DNA from: Alphaproteobacteria bacterium
GTDB lineage: Bacteria; Pseudomonadota; Alphaproteobacteria; SP197
Direction of reading: 5' to 3'
Assembly: GCA_965228895.1 (NCBI GenBank)
Contig: OZ245842.1
Coordinates: forward strand, 1,600,001 to 1,664,000
DNA length: 64,000 bases
Part shown: piece after piece, positions 30,333 to 39,395 of the stretch
How positions within the stretch are numbered: position 1 is the stretch's first letter
How the letters are laid out: the number at the start of each line of letters is the position of its first letter
The notes under the pieces: model-generated
What the model saw: only the letters and a program-made list of their open reading frames with translations
Databases searched by the model: none
What the model was told of the DNA's origin: nothing
Program-made: the position numbers and the translations under genes

Positions 30333-30784
30333 TGAAAGAAGACGTTCTGAAGATCAAGGCGGACGATGACGAGGACCTGGAGGTCTTCGCCACCATGCTG
30401 CAGGACGCGCCGATGCCGCTGGCCGAGGTGACGTATCTCGACGACGAAAAGCGTTTCGCCGCCTTGTTTCATCGCTACTGCTACGAGCACGAGCATGACC
30501 CGACCTGGAAGGATGGCATATGCCAGGTCGACTGCGCGCTGATCTTCGAGAACGTCGAAAACGCCCAGGCGTGGGATATCGGCGGGCTGGGCGGCGAAGG
30601 CACCGTCGAGTTGATGACCATCGTTTCAGACGCTGAAGAGGGCGGCGGCATCATCATTACGCTGGTGTTTCACGGCGGCGGCCACATCCGTCTGGAGGCC
30701 GGAGCAATCGAAGGCCGGCTTCACGACATCGGCACGCCGCAGCACACCAAGCGCATGCCGCGCCACACGCCGGTGATCGGCTAA
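30329..30784 (+). CDS. DUF2948 family protein
   Basis: [17 protein letters not shown] and [10 protein letters not shown] motifs; conserved position after murA. Confidence 0.8.
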   Translation: MMKEDVLKIKADDDEDLEVFATMLQDAPMPLAEVTYLDDEKRFAALFHRYCYEHEHDPTWKDGICQVDCALIFENVENAQAWDIGGLGGEGTVELMTIVSDAEEGGGIIITLVFHGGGHIRLEAGAIEGRLHDIGTPQHTKRMPRHTPVIG

Positions 30785-30802
30785 GAACAGCCGCGATCGC
30801 CC

Positions 30803-31294
30803 ATGACGGTGTCTGACGAGGCGGCCCGCTACCACATCACCGATATCAAGCTCGAAGACCGGCTGGTCGTGCGCCGAAGTCCGGAGATCGAGCACGAGAT
30901 GGGTGTGGCGATCTATGACCTCTTAGAGCAGAACTATTTTGCTCCCGTCGGCGACATGAGCGGGCCTTACCATGTCGAGCTCTCGATCCGCGATGCCCGC
31001 ACCCTGGTCTTTGCCATCATGACCGAGGCCGACGAACCGCTGGGCGAGGTCATGCTGACGCTGACCCCGTTCCGCCGCATCGTCAAAGACTACTTCACGG
31101 TCTGCGAGAGCTATTTTGACGCGATCAAGGATGCGCCGGCATCGCGCATCGAGGCGCTTGATATGGGCCGACGCGGGTTGCACAACGATGGCGCGGACCT
31201 TCTGCGCGAAAATCTGAAGGGCAAGATCGACATCGACGAGGAAACCGCCCGGCGGCTGTTCACGCTGGTCTGTGTCCTGCACATCCGGGCCTAG
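30803..31294 (+). CDS. UPF0262 family protein
   Basis: EHEMGVAIYDLLE, IVKDYFTVCESY, DMGRRGLHNDG, TARRLFTL. Confidence 0.92.
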   Translation: MTVSDEAARYHITDIKLEDRLVVRRSPEIEHEMGVAIYDLLEQNYFAPVGDMSGPYHVELSIRDARTLVFAIMTEADEPLGEVMLTLTPFRRIVKDYFTVCESYFDAIKDAPASRIEALDMGRRGLHNDGADLLRENLKGKIDIDEETARRLFTLVCVLHIRA

Positions 31295-31297
31295 CGC

Positions 31298-31750
31298 ATG
31301 ATCGAACTGCCCGGCGCGGTGTTGTTTGTCTGCAACTACAACGCCATTCGCTCCCCGATGGCCGAAGGACTGTTGAAGTCACGGCTGGGGCACCGGGTGT
31401 TTGTCGATTCCGTCGGTGTCCGCCATAGCGACGAAGCCGATCCGTTCATGGTCGCGGCGATGGATGAAATCGGCATCGACATGAGCCGGCACCGGCCCAA
31501 GACGTTCGAGGACCTGGAAGACGAGAGTGAGGCTTTTGATCTTGTCGTGACCTTGTCGCCGGCGGCCCAGCACCGCGCGCTGGAACTGACCCGTTATGCC
31601 TCGCTCGACGTTGAGTACTGGACGACGTTCGATCCCTCGACCGTCGAAGGCAGCCGCGAGGTGCGTTTGGATGCCTATCGCAGCATGCGTGATCTGCTCG
31701 ACAAACGTATCCACGAACGCTTCCCGGTCGAGACGGCGCCCCATGTCTGA
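31298..31750 (+). CDS. Low-molecular-weight phosphatase / ArsC-like protein
   Basis: CX5RS motif LFVCNYNAIRSPMAE; DP motif. Confidence 0.88.
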   Translation: MIELPGAVLFVCNYNAIRSPMAEGLLKSRLGHRVFVDSVGVRHSDEADPFMVAAMDEIGIDMSRHRPKTFEDLEDESEAFDLVVTLSPAAQHRALELTRYASLDVEYWTTFDPSTVEGSREVRLDAYRSMRDLLDKRIHERFPVETAPHV

Positions 31751-31783
31751 CGTCGCCGCGCGCGAGACAAAGAACAGAATTGC

Positions 31784-31812
31784 CTTGATTTCGCGGCATG
31801 TGGGACCCATGT
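31784..31812 (+). promoter_or_regulatory. Putative RpoH (sigma32)-type promoter for infA
   Basis: CTTGAT-N16-CCCATGT ending 32 bp upstream of the infA start; motif match only. Confidence 0.35.
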
Positions 31813-31844
31813 TCGCCGCGGTTTTTTCTCAATGACGAGGGCTT

Positions 31845-32063
31845 ATGGGTAAGGAAGACGTAATCGAGATGACGGGCACGGTCACCGAACTGCTGCCCAA
31901 CGCCATGTTTCGCGTCAAGCTGGACAACGATCATGAGATCCTGGCGCATACATCAGGCAAGATGCGCAAGAACCGCATCCGCGTTCTGTCGGGCGACAAG
32001 GTGACGGTGGAGATGACGCCCTATGATCTGACCAAGGGTCGGATCGTCTTCCGCTTCAAGTAG
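31845..32063 (+). CDS. infA: Translation initiation factor IF-1
   Basis: [22 protein letters not shown]...[31 protein letters not shown]. Confidence 0.99.
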   Translation: MGKEDVIEMTGTVTELLPNAMFRVKLDNDHEILAHTSGKMRKNRIRVLSGDKVTVEMTPYDLTKGRIVFRFK

Positions 32064-32071
32064 CACGCCCC

Positions 32072-32665
32072 ATGGCCCGGCGCCCGCCGCCGCCTCTGGT
32101 CCTCGCCTCTGCTTCGCCGCGCCGCCTGATGCTGTTGGAACAGATTGGTGTGGTGCCTGATCAGGTCGTCCCCGCCGATATCGACGAAACCCCGCTGAAG
32201 AATGAGCTGCCGCGCGACCTCGTGTGTCGTTTAGCGCTTGCGAAGGCGCGTCAAGTCGTAAGCCAGCACAAGAAGTCCGCTGTGTTGGCCGCTGATACGG
32301 TTGTCGCCTGTGGCCGCCGCATTCTGCCCAAAGCCGAAGATGAAGCCGAGGCTCGCGCGTGCCTGAAACGACTTTCAGGGCGCCGTCATATGGTGCATGG
32401 CGGAGTTGCGCTGATTTTGCCGGACGGCCAGCCATTGACCCGCTATGTGGCCACGCGCATCACATTTAAGCGTTTGAGCGACGCGGAGATTGACAGCTAT
32501 GTCGATTCGGGCGAATGGCTTGGCAAGGCGGGCGGCTATGCCATTCAAGGTCGTGCTGCGGCCTTTGTGCCGTTTATCAACGGTTCCTATTCCAACGTGG
32601 TCGGCCTGCCGCTTTACGAAACCGCACAGCTCCTGAACGGGGCGGGGTTGGTTCCGTGTGATTGA
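32072..32665 (+). CDS. maf: Maf family nucleotide pyrophosphatase
   Basis: LASASPRR, ADTVV, KAGGYAIQG, NVVGLP. Confidence 0.95.
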   Translation: MARRPPPPLVLASASPRRLMLLEQIGVVPDQVVPADIDETPLKNELPRDLVCRLALAKARQVVSQHKKSAVLAADTVVACGRRILPKAEDEAEARACLKRLSGRRHMVHGGVALILPDGQPLTRYVATRITFKRLSDAEIDSYVDSGEWLGKAGGYAIQGRAAAFVPFINGSYSNVVGLPLYETAQLLNGAGLVPCD

Positions 32666-33818
32666 TACGATGTTGGTCGAAAGCACGCCGCGCGCGGTAC
32701 AGATCGCGCTGTTGGCGGACCGTGAGCTCGTCGAGTATCACGTCGATCGTCCGGGCAGGGGGCACCGCGAGGGGGATGTCTTCGTCGGCCGCGTGACCCG
32801 GGTCGTGCCGGGCCTGAAAGCGGCGTTTGTCGACTTGGGCGACGGCATATCGGGTTTTTTGTCGGCGCGCGAGGCCCATCAGGGCAATGGTGCAGCGCCT
32901 GAAATTGGCCGCCTGGTCCACGAAGGAGAGGCGGTCGTCGTGACGATCTCAAAGGCCGCGACGGCCGACAAGGGGCCAAAGGTTACGCGGCATGTCACTG
33001 ACCCCGAGGGTAAGATCGCCGAAGCGGCCGCCCACATCAGGCCGCCCGGTCTCGTCCGTCGCCGCAAACACCTGGTAGCGCATTTGATTGAGCGCTTGGG
33101 CGAAGCGCATATCGTCGTTGACTGTCCGGCGAAATTCGCGCGGCTTAGGAAGCGGGTTGATCCGGCACGCCTTGACCTGCATCAGGGCACCACACCTCTG
33201 TTTGCGATCGCCGATATCGACGAACAGATCGACCGTGCGCTGACGCCCACCGTCAACCTGCCAGGCGGCGGACGTGTGGTGTTCGAACCGGTGCGTACGC
33301 TGACCGCCGTGGATGTCGACATGGGCCCAGCCGCTGAACGCGGCGCCGATCCGTTCGCGGTCAATATGGAAGCTGCTTTGACCGTCGCGCGTCAGGTCCG
33401 GCTGCGCAATGTTGGTGGCCTGATTGTCATTGATTTCCTCAACATGAAGGGCGACGACAAGGGCCGTCAGCTTGCCGATGCCTTGCGCCAGGCCGTGGCT
33501 GATGATCCTGCCGAGGTCGCCCTGGTCGGACCTTCCCGTTTCGGAGTGGTCGAGATGGCGCGTGAACGCCGCGGCGAACCGTTGTCCGGCGCTCTCGGCA
33601 CCGCTGTCGAGCGTGCCGCCGACCAATTGGTTCGCGAACTGCGCCTGACCGCCACGCAAGGCGCCGGAACTCTTGAGGTGCGTGCCTCGCCGGCTGTCGT
33701 CGCAGAGTTTCAACGCGCCGCCGGCGGACAGGATGTGGCGTCGTGGATCGGCCGGCGCCTGGAAGTCCAGGTCGAGAGCGGACGCGACGATCGGGCGTTT
33801 CAGATAGCGGCCCTTTAG
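32658..33818 (+). CDS. Ribonuclease E/G family protein
   Basis: S1 domain (AAFVDLG), TAVDVD, RLRNVGGLIVIDF. Confidence 0.88.
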   Translation: MIDTMLVESTPRAVQIALLADRELVEYHVDRPGRGHREGDVFVGRVTRVVPGLKAAFVDLGDGISGFLSAREAHQGNGAAPEIGRLVHEGEAVVVTISKAATADKGPKVTRHVTDPEGKIAEAAAHIRPPGLVRRRKHLVAHLIERLGEAHIVVDCPAKFARLRKRVDPARLDLHQGTTPLFAIADIDEQIDRALTPTVNLPGGGRVVFEPVRTLTAVDVDMGPAAERGADPFAVNMEAALTVARQVRLRNVGGLIVIDFLNMKGDDKGRQLADALRQAVADDPAEVALVGPSRFGVVEMARERRGEPLSGALGTAVERAADQLVRELRLTATQGAGTLEVRASPAVVAEFQRAAGGQDVASWIGRRLEVQVESGRDDRAFQIAAL

Positions 33819-33839
33819 ATCGATCGGGGGGAGATTGAC

Positions 33840-34121
33840 ATGACGGACGACATCAAAGCTGCGGAACCGTGTCCCCTATGCGGTCAGCCCAGCCAGGCCG
33901 ACTTCCAGCCGTTCTGTTCCAAGCGCTGCAAGATGCGCGACCTCGCCCACTGGCTCGGCGGCGACGAACCCTATGTCATTCCCGGCGAGCCGTTGAGTGG
34001 CCTGTTGGATGAAAACGGCGAACCGCTGGTCGACCTTGAGGACCTGGTCGAAGGGTCTGGCGACAGCAATGTCGTCTACGCCAACTTCCGCCGTGACGGC
34101 GGTAAGGATGAGCCGTCATAG
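33840..34121 (+). CDS. yacG: DNA gyrase inhibitor YacG with extended C-terminus
   Basis: CPLC...PFCSKRCKMRDLAHW zinc finger. Confidence 0.88.
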   Translation: MTDDIKAAEPCPLCGQPSQADFQPFCSKRCKMRDLAHWLGGDEPYVIPGEPLSGLLDENGEPLVDLEDLVEGSGDSNVVYANFRRDGGKDEPS

Positions 34122-34197
34122 TCGAATTGCCCGGCTGCTCACCATGATTCTGGACAACCAAGCCGGTTTTGCCTAAAACCCGTCGCCTTGATCCGGC

Positions 34198-34273
<76 letters not shown>

Positions 34274-34275
34274 TT

Positions 34276-34314
34276 CAAAACCCCTGCCAAGTCGACTGTT
34301 TGGCAGGGGTTTTG
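34276..34314 (+). terminator. Terminator hairpin after tRNA-Phe
   Basis: Perfect 15-bp stem CAAAACCCCTGCCAA/TTGGCAGGGGTTTTG. Confidence 0.75.
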
Positions 34315-34544
34315 TGTGTCCGTGGCAGACTCGCCAGCGATAGCCTCTTTGCTCGGCACACGCTTGAGGGCCAAACATGCCGTCCCGTTTGCGGGCATCC
34401 GTGAGCGTCTTCACCGTCGACATCACATCATCGGTGATCGCAGCGGCAAAATCGTTGGCCCCGCGCTTGTTCTGCTCAGCAATCTCCTTGCGGTTGTCTG
34501 ACATTTTCGCTGTCATGACACTGCACCCAAGGGAGAACCGATTC

Positions 34545-35390
34545 ATGCGCGTCATTCAGCCGGGCGACATTGCCGGAACCCATCGCGACCGCATGGTCGG
34601 CGATGGCAGTGCGCATGCCATGTGTTATTTGGCCGCCGAGGACAACAGTGGCTTCTCCTTTTCGACGCTGGAGATCTCAGGTGACAGCACGGGTTATCCG
34701 TTGCACTACAAACACCACGTGGAGGCAAACCTGATCCTTGAGGGCGCCGGTGAAATCCACAACCTGGAGACCGACGAGCGCTGGCCTGCGGAACCCGGCA
34801 CGCTCTATGTCGTCGGCCCCGCTGACCGTCACGAGGTACTGCTGACGGGTCCGGTCAAGGTGGTGTCGCTCTTCAATCCGCCGATCCAGGGTAATGAACA
34901 TCACCAGGACTTCGGTGGCTACCCGCCGTCGGGTGAGATTCCGGACGGCTGGGGACCGGCTGGCGGCTCTCCAACCAGCCGGCGCATGTTTGTAAAACAG
35001 AGGAACGAGATCCCGGTGGTGAGCATTGGCGGCGGCCACGCTGAGGCGCGGCGTTATCTGACCAAAGCCGACGACGTGGGTTTCACCATCTCCGATCTCA
35101 CGGCCAAGAGCAGCGAGACACCCCATCACCTCTGGTACAAGCATCACGTCGAAGCGAACTTCGTCGTTTCCGGCACGGCCGAGGTAACGGATAGCGCAAG
35201 CGGCCAAAGCTGGGCACTCGCGCCGGGTTCGCTCTATCTGGTCGGACCGAAGGATCGCCACCATGTCACGAGCAGCACGGGATTTCATGTGCTGAGTATC
35301 TTCAACCCGCCGCTGGTCGGCGGCGAGACCCACGATGCCGACGGCAGTTACCCACCCACCGGCGACCTGCCGCCGGGATGGAACGACTGA
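34545..35390 (+). CDS. Tandem two-domain ectoine synthase (EctC)-like cupin
   Basis: Two repeats, each with YKHHVEAN, (T/S)LYxVGPxDRH, FNPPxxGxExH and YPP; GGGAG RBS before ATG 34545. Confidence 0.85.
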   Translation: MRVIQPGDIAGTHRDRMVGDGSAHAMCYLAAEDNSGFSFSTLEISGDSTGYPLHYKHHVEANLILEGAGEIHNLETDERWPAEPGTLYVVGPADRHEVLLTGPVKVVSLFNPPIQGNEHHQDFGGYPPSGEIPDGWGPAGGSPTSRRMFVKQRNEIPVVSIGGGHAEARRYLTKADDVGFTISDLTAKSSETPHHLWYKHHVEANFVVSGTAEVTDSASGQSWALAPGSLYLVGPKDRHHVTSSTGFHVLSIFNPPLVGGETHDADGSYPPTGDLPPGWND

Positions 35391-35515
35391 CATACGGGTC
35401 ATCCGGGCCGGGGACCTGAACCGGCCCACAACCCCTACGCTATGACCTCCTCTTGGGAGGCGATGCGGATCCTCTCGGTTGCCGCCTTCCCAGCACGACT
35501 TCGGAGTATTGCACG

Positions 35516-36103
35516 ATGAAACAGGACCTCAGAGTCGATCCGCTGCCGACAGACGACTGGGACTCGTCTCTGTCCTCCATCATCGACGACATGGGCGGTG
35601 CGCCGATCAACGTGCATCGCCTGATGGCCCATCATCCGGCATTGCTGCAGGCGTGGTGGAGCTTTCGCAACTATGGCGTGGACGGCGGCGACCTCGGCCG
35701 GCGCAAGGGGGAGCTGGTCATTCTTCGCACCGCCGTCCATATGCGCTCCTGGTACGAATGGGGCGCGCACGTGGCGCGTGCCATGGCTTGCGGTCTGAGC
35801 CGGGACGAGATCGAGCGCGTGAAACAGGGGCCGGCCGACCCGGCATGGCCGGCAGACGAAGCGCTGCTGCTGGAGGCGGTCGACGCGTTGATAACCGATC
35901 GTGGTCTCTCCGAGGAGCTCCAGGCACGGCTGCGCGCATACTATTCGGTGCAGCAGACCATGGACATCATGGCGATCCACGGCATGTACGTCATTCTGGG
36001 CAACATGGTGAACACCTGGCAGATCGACCTTGATGCAAGCGTGCGCGACGGCTTGCCGGACGACGTCACCAAGGAGGCCTTCGAGGCCGAGTTCCCCCGT
36101 TAG
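35516..36103 (+). CDS. Carboxymuconolactone decarboxylase / AhpD-like family protein
   Basis: NVHRLMAHHP, ELVILRTA, YEWGAHV. Confidence 0.85.
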   Translation: MKQDLRVDPLPTDDWDSSLSSIIDDMGGAPINVHRLMAHHPALLQAWWSFRNYGVDGGDLGRRKGELVILRTAVHMRSWYEWGAHVARAMACGLSRDEIERVKQGPADPAWPADEALLLEAVDALITDRGLSEELQARLRAYYSVQQTMDIMAIHGMYVILGNMVNTWQIDLDASVRDGLPDDVTKEAFEAEFPR

Positions 36104-36438
36104 GTCGTGTCGTCAGTCTGCGCCGCGCAGGCTTCCAGCAGAGCGGTCAAGAGGGCCAGGGGCACCGTGGTCGACTCCGCTTGGAACTGCGTGCTGCCTC
36201 TCCGGACGGACGCATAGGGGAAAACCCCGTCGGGGCCGAAGCCGATATGCCAATGCCAGCCGGGCAGGGCATGTTCGATGAGCGATAGACAGGCGTCGAC
36301 CGACGCGGTGTAGGCCGGTGCCGCGTCGTCATGGGTGATATGGGCGACGATGTGGGCGATCGCCAAGTCGATATCGTGATCCCTGCCGGTGGCGGCCCTG
36401 ACTTGCGGCAGGAGTGTTGTGAGTTTTCGGGCGACCAT
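36100..36438 (-). CDS. Hypothetical protein resembling small phage-type proteins (PxYTxSxDA...LPGWxW)
   Basis: APAYTASVDACLSLIEHALPGWHW and PLALLTALL; stop overlaps the convergent gene. Confidence 0.6.
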   Translation of the reverse strand: MVARKLTTLLPQVRAATGRDHDIDLAIAHIVAHITHDDAAPAYTASVDACLSLIEHALPGWHWHIGFGPDGVFPYASVRRGSTQFQAESTTVPLALLTALLEACAAQTDDTT

Positions 36439-36492
36439 GGTGCCAGATTACATCGGGCGCTGGCCGGGCTCCAGTAAGGCTGTCGCCACTCT

Positions 36493-37485
36493 CTAGCTTC
36501 CGGGCACCAGCCGGGCGACGCCATCGGACCGCGCGGACTCGATGACGGCCTCCATGACGGCGGCGTTGTGGATCGCTTGGTTCACGGGAAGCGGGAATTC
36601 TGCCGCGCCCGCGACGGCCCGGGCGAACGCTTCAAGTTCGGCGCGCTCCATATCCTCAGCTGGAAACTCCAGAACCTCGCGCTCGCCGTTGGCGTGGGTG
36701 ATGGTGACGTGCCGATAACCATCCATCTCGATCTGGCCTTTGGTGCCGAACACCGTGACGCGCCAGTGGCGCGGTGTGATGGTCAGCGTGGAGAGCGTGC
36801 CGGACGCGCCATTGCGAAAATCGAGCAGCAACGTGGTCGTATCGTCGGCTTCGGTCGTCAGCACCTGACGCCGGCTGACGGCGCGCACCGCCGCGACGGG
36901 GCCGATCAGATTCAACATCATGTCCAGGATGTGAACACCCATGGTCGTCATGCCACCCACAGGATGTTCGTCACGCATGACCCAGTATTCGCCGGGTTCG
37001 CAGACCAGACCGTAGCCGTTCGAGTAGTTGCCTTCGACATGCACGACCCGGCCGATCGTGCCGTCGTCGATGTGCCGTTTCATGGTCGCCGTGGCGGTCA
37101 GGAACCGCCGATTGTGGCCGAGCGCCAGCGTGACACCGGCTTTGGTGCAGGCCTTTGCCGCCCGCTCGGCCTCGGCATGCGAGAAAGCCAGCGGTTTTTC
37201 GACAAAGACGGGTTTGCCGGCGTTGGCCGCGGCGACAATCTGGTCGACATGGACGCTGTTGATCGACGCCAGAACGACGGCGTCGATATCGCTGCCCAGG
37301 CCATCTTCGAGCCGGTCGCTCAAGGCTAAACCCTGCCGTTCGGCAAAATCCTGGGCCCGCGACGGCGTGCGTGTGACCGCGCGATCGAAACGGATCAGGT
37401 CGCCTTTCGGCTTGCCGTCTTCCTGCACCGCGTCGACCAGGACCTGGCCCCAGCTACCCAAACCGATGATCGCAGCACGCAGCAT
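36493..37485 (-). CDS. Gfo/Idh/MocA family oxidoreductase
   Basis: IIGLGSWG, VFVEKP, GHNRRF, GVHILD. Confidence 0.92.
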   Translation of the reverse strand: MLRAAIIGLGSWGQVLVDAVQEDGKPKGDLIRFDRAVTRTPSRAQDFAERQGLALSDRLEDGLGSDIDAVVLASINSVHVDQIVAAANAGKPVFVEKPLAFSHAEAERAAKACTKAGVTLALGHNRRFLTATATMKRHIDDGTIGRVVHVEGNYSNGYGLVCEPGEYWVMRDEHPVGGMTTMGVHILDMMLNLIGPVAAVRAVSRRQVLTTEADDTTTLLLDFRNGASGTLSTLTITPRHWRVTVFGTKGQIEMDGYRHVTITHANGEREVLEFPAEDMERAELEAFARAVAGAAEFPLPVNQAIHNAAVMEAVIESARSDGVARLVPGS

Positions 37486-37630
37486 GTCGCGTTCCCCCTT
37501 GAAAGCACCTGATTAGACTACGACGCTGACCTGGATTTGGTTCACGGGACCGTTGGCATTGATGTCGCTTGGCTCGTAGTCTTCGGTTCACGGCCACAGA
37601 GAACGGCTGCTGTAACGGGATCGCAATGCC

Positions 37631-38554
37631 ATGGCGCAAGATCTGCCATTCGCTCTTTACCACGCCTTCTCCGCGGGTCCGTTTGGCGGTGCGGCCGCCG
37701 GCATTGTCGGTGATGCCGCTGGTTTGACGCACGCGACCATGCAGAACATCGCGCGTGAGATAGGCGCCCCGGCAACCGCCTTTCTGAGGCAGGTCGGGGC
37801 GGAGGTGATTGACGTCCGGTTCTATTCGACCCAGACGGAGTACGGCATGTGCGGTCACGGTACGGTGGCGCTGGCGACCCATCTGGCAGACTGCGGTGAC
37901 TTGGCATGTGGCGACGGCGAGACCGTTGTTACGCTCCGAACCTCAGGCGGCGATGCGCCTGTAACGGTTCGCCGCATCGACGGACGTGCCCTGGTAATGC
38001 TGGAATTGACGCCTTCTACGTTCGAACCGGCGACACCCGATAGGGAAGCGCTGACGGCAGCGCTGGGGATCGCGCCTTCATCGATCGACGATGCGCTGCC
38101 TATGGAAAAGGCCGTGGGTGATTTCGTGCACCTTCTGGTGCCCGTTCGCTCGTTAGAGGCCATGGCGGCGATGTCACCGGACTTCGACGCCATCGCCGCG
38201 TTGTCGCAAGCCAACGGGGCCCAAACCGTCACGGTCTTTACCCGTGAAGTCTGCCGGGGGGACAGCACCGTGCATTGCCGCGATTTCTGTCCGGTGGTCG
38301 GTACGCCGGAATCGCCGGGTGCCGGTACGACCAACGGCGCCTTGACGGCCTACCTTGTACGTCACCGTTTGATCGATCTCGTGGACGGTGAGACAACGGT
38401 CGTTCTGTCGGAGCAGGGCTACGAGTGCGGCCGGCCGAGCCAAGTCCGGTCTGAGGTCAGGGGCTCCAACGGTCAAATCGAGCGGTTGTCGGTCGGTGGC
38501 TATGCCCGCAAGTCGATCACCGGCGAGCTCTGCCTGACGGGCGGCGGTCTTTAG
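37631..38554 (+). CDS. PhzF / DAP-epimerase-fold protein
   Basis: AFSAGPFGG, MCGHGT, ESPGAGTTNG, EQGYECGRPS. Confidence 0.85.
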   Translation: MAQDLPFALYHAFSAGPFGGAAAGIVGDAAGLTHATMQNIAREIGAPATAFLRQVGAEVIDVRFYSTQTEYGMCGHGTVALATHLADCGDLACGDGETVVTLRTSGGDAPVTVRRIDGRALVMLELTPSTFEPATPDREALTAALGIAPSSIDDALPMEKAVGDFVHLLVPVRSLEAMAAMSPDFDAIAALSQANGAQTVTVFTREVCRGDSTVHCRDFCPVVGTPESPGAGTTNGALTAYLVRHRLIDLVDGETTVVLSEQGYECGRPSQVRSEVRGSNGQIERLSVGGYARKSITGELCLTGGGL

Positions 38555-38564
38555 GCTCGTGGCC

Positions 38565-39395
38565 ATGGGCGGGCAACAACAAGATGGCGCGCGCGCTTTG
38601 CTGGTGGCAGCGCTGGACGCGGCACGGGCAGGGCGGCTTGAGGAGGCGGAGAGTCTGATCGGTCGCGTTCTCGCCGCGGAACCGGACAACGCCGAGGCGT
38701 TGCATATGCAAGGCGCCCTCTTTCTTCAGGCAGGTGACGTGGAACGGGCGCTCGGCCCGCTCCGCCAAGCCTTTGATGCGATGCCGGATCACGCCGGGAT
38801 TGCCGCCAACTATGGCATCGCGTTGGCGGAGCACGGCCAGACGGATGATGCCGAACCGGTTCTGCGGCGTGCCGCCACGGCGACGCCGGCCAACCCGCAG
38901 GCACTTCTCAACTTGGCGCTTCTTTTGAAGCGGAAGGGCGAAGCGGACGAAGCCGAGGCATTGCTGCAACGCGCCGTCGAACTGGCGCCGGGTTACCCGC
39001 GCGCCTGGCTGGAACTTGGTGTGCTTGTCGCCGACAGGGACGCAGACGACGACGCGCTCGTTTGTTTCGAGAAGGCGCTTGCCAGTGATCCCCAACACCC
39101 GGGCGCGCGCTACAACGCGGCGATGGCGTGCCAGCGCCTGCACCGTTTTGACGATGCGCTCGATCACTACCGCACCTGTCGTCAGGCCCTGGCCAAGAAC
39201 CCCGATCTCTATTTCGGCCTGGGCCTGTGTCTGCAGGAGGTCGGACGGGTCGACGAGGCCATTGAGGTCTACCGTGACCTTCTGGCCATGGCGCCCCAGG
39301 CCTATCGGATCGTCTTGAAGAACCTGACGTCGGGGTCCGCTGGCCTTGTTTGTTTGCATCCCTCGGATCTGCGTCGTCGACTCGGCCTGAACTAA
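38565..39395 (+). CDS. Tetratricopeptide repeat protein
   Basis: About seven 34-aa repeats ending in P-x-x-A. Confidence 0.88.
   Translation: MGGQQQDGARALLVAALDAARAGRLEEAESLIGRVLAAEPDNAEALHMQGALFLQAGDVERALGPLRQAFDAMPDHAGIAANYGIALAEHGQTDDAEPVLRRAATATPANPQALLNLALLLKRKGEADEAEALLQRAVELAPGYPRAWLELGVLVADRDADDDALVCFEKALASDPQHPGARYNAAMACQRLHRFDDALDHYRTCRQALAKNPDLYFGLGLCLQEVGRVDEAIEVYRDLLAMAPQAYRIVLKNLTSGSAGLVCLHPSDLRRRLGLN

Noticed and set aside
34545-35390. Canonical ectoine biosynthesis locus (ectC)
   Set aside because: No ectA/ectB in the window, doubled architecture and substituted substrate residues; gene symbol withheld
37631-38554. Phenazine biosynthesis
   Set aside because: Lone PhzF-fold gene with no other phz genes
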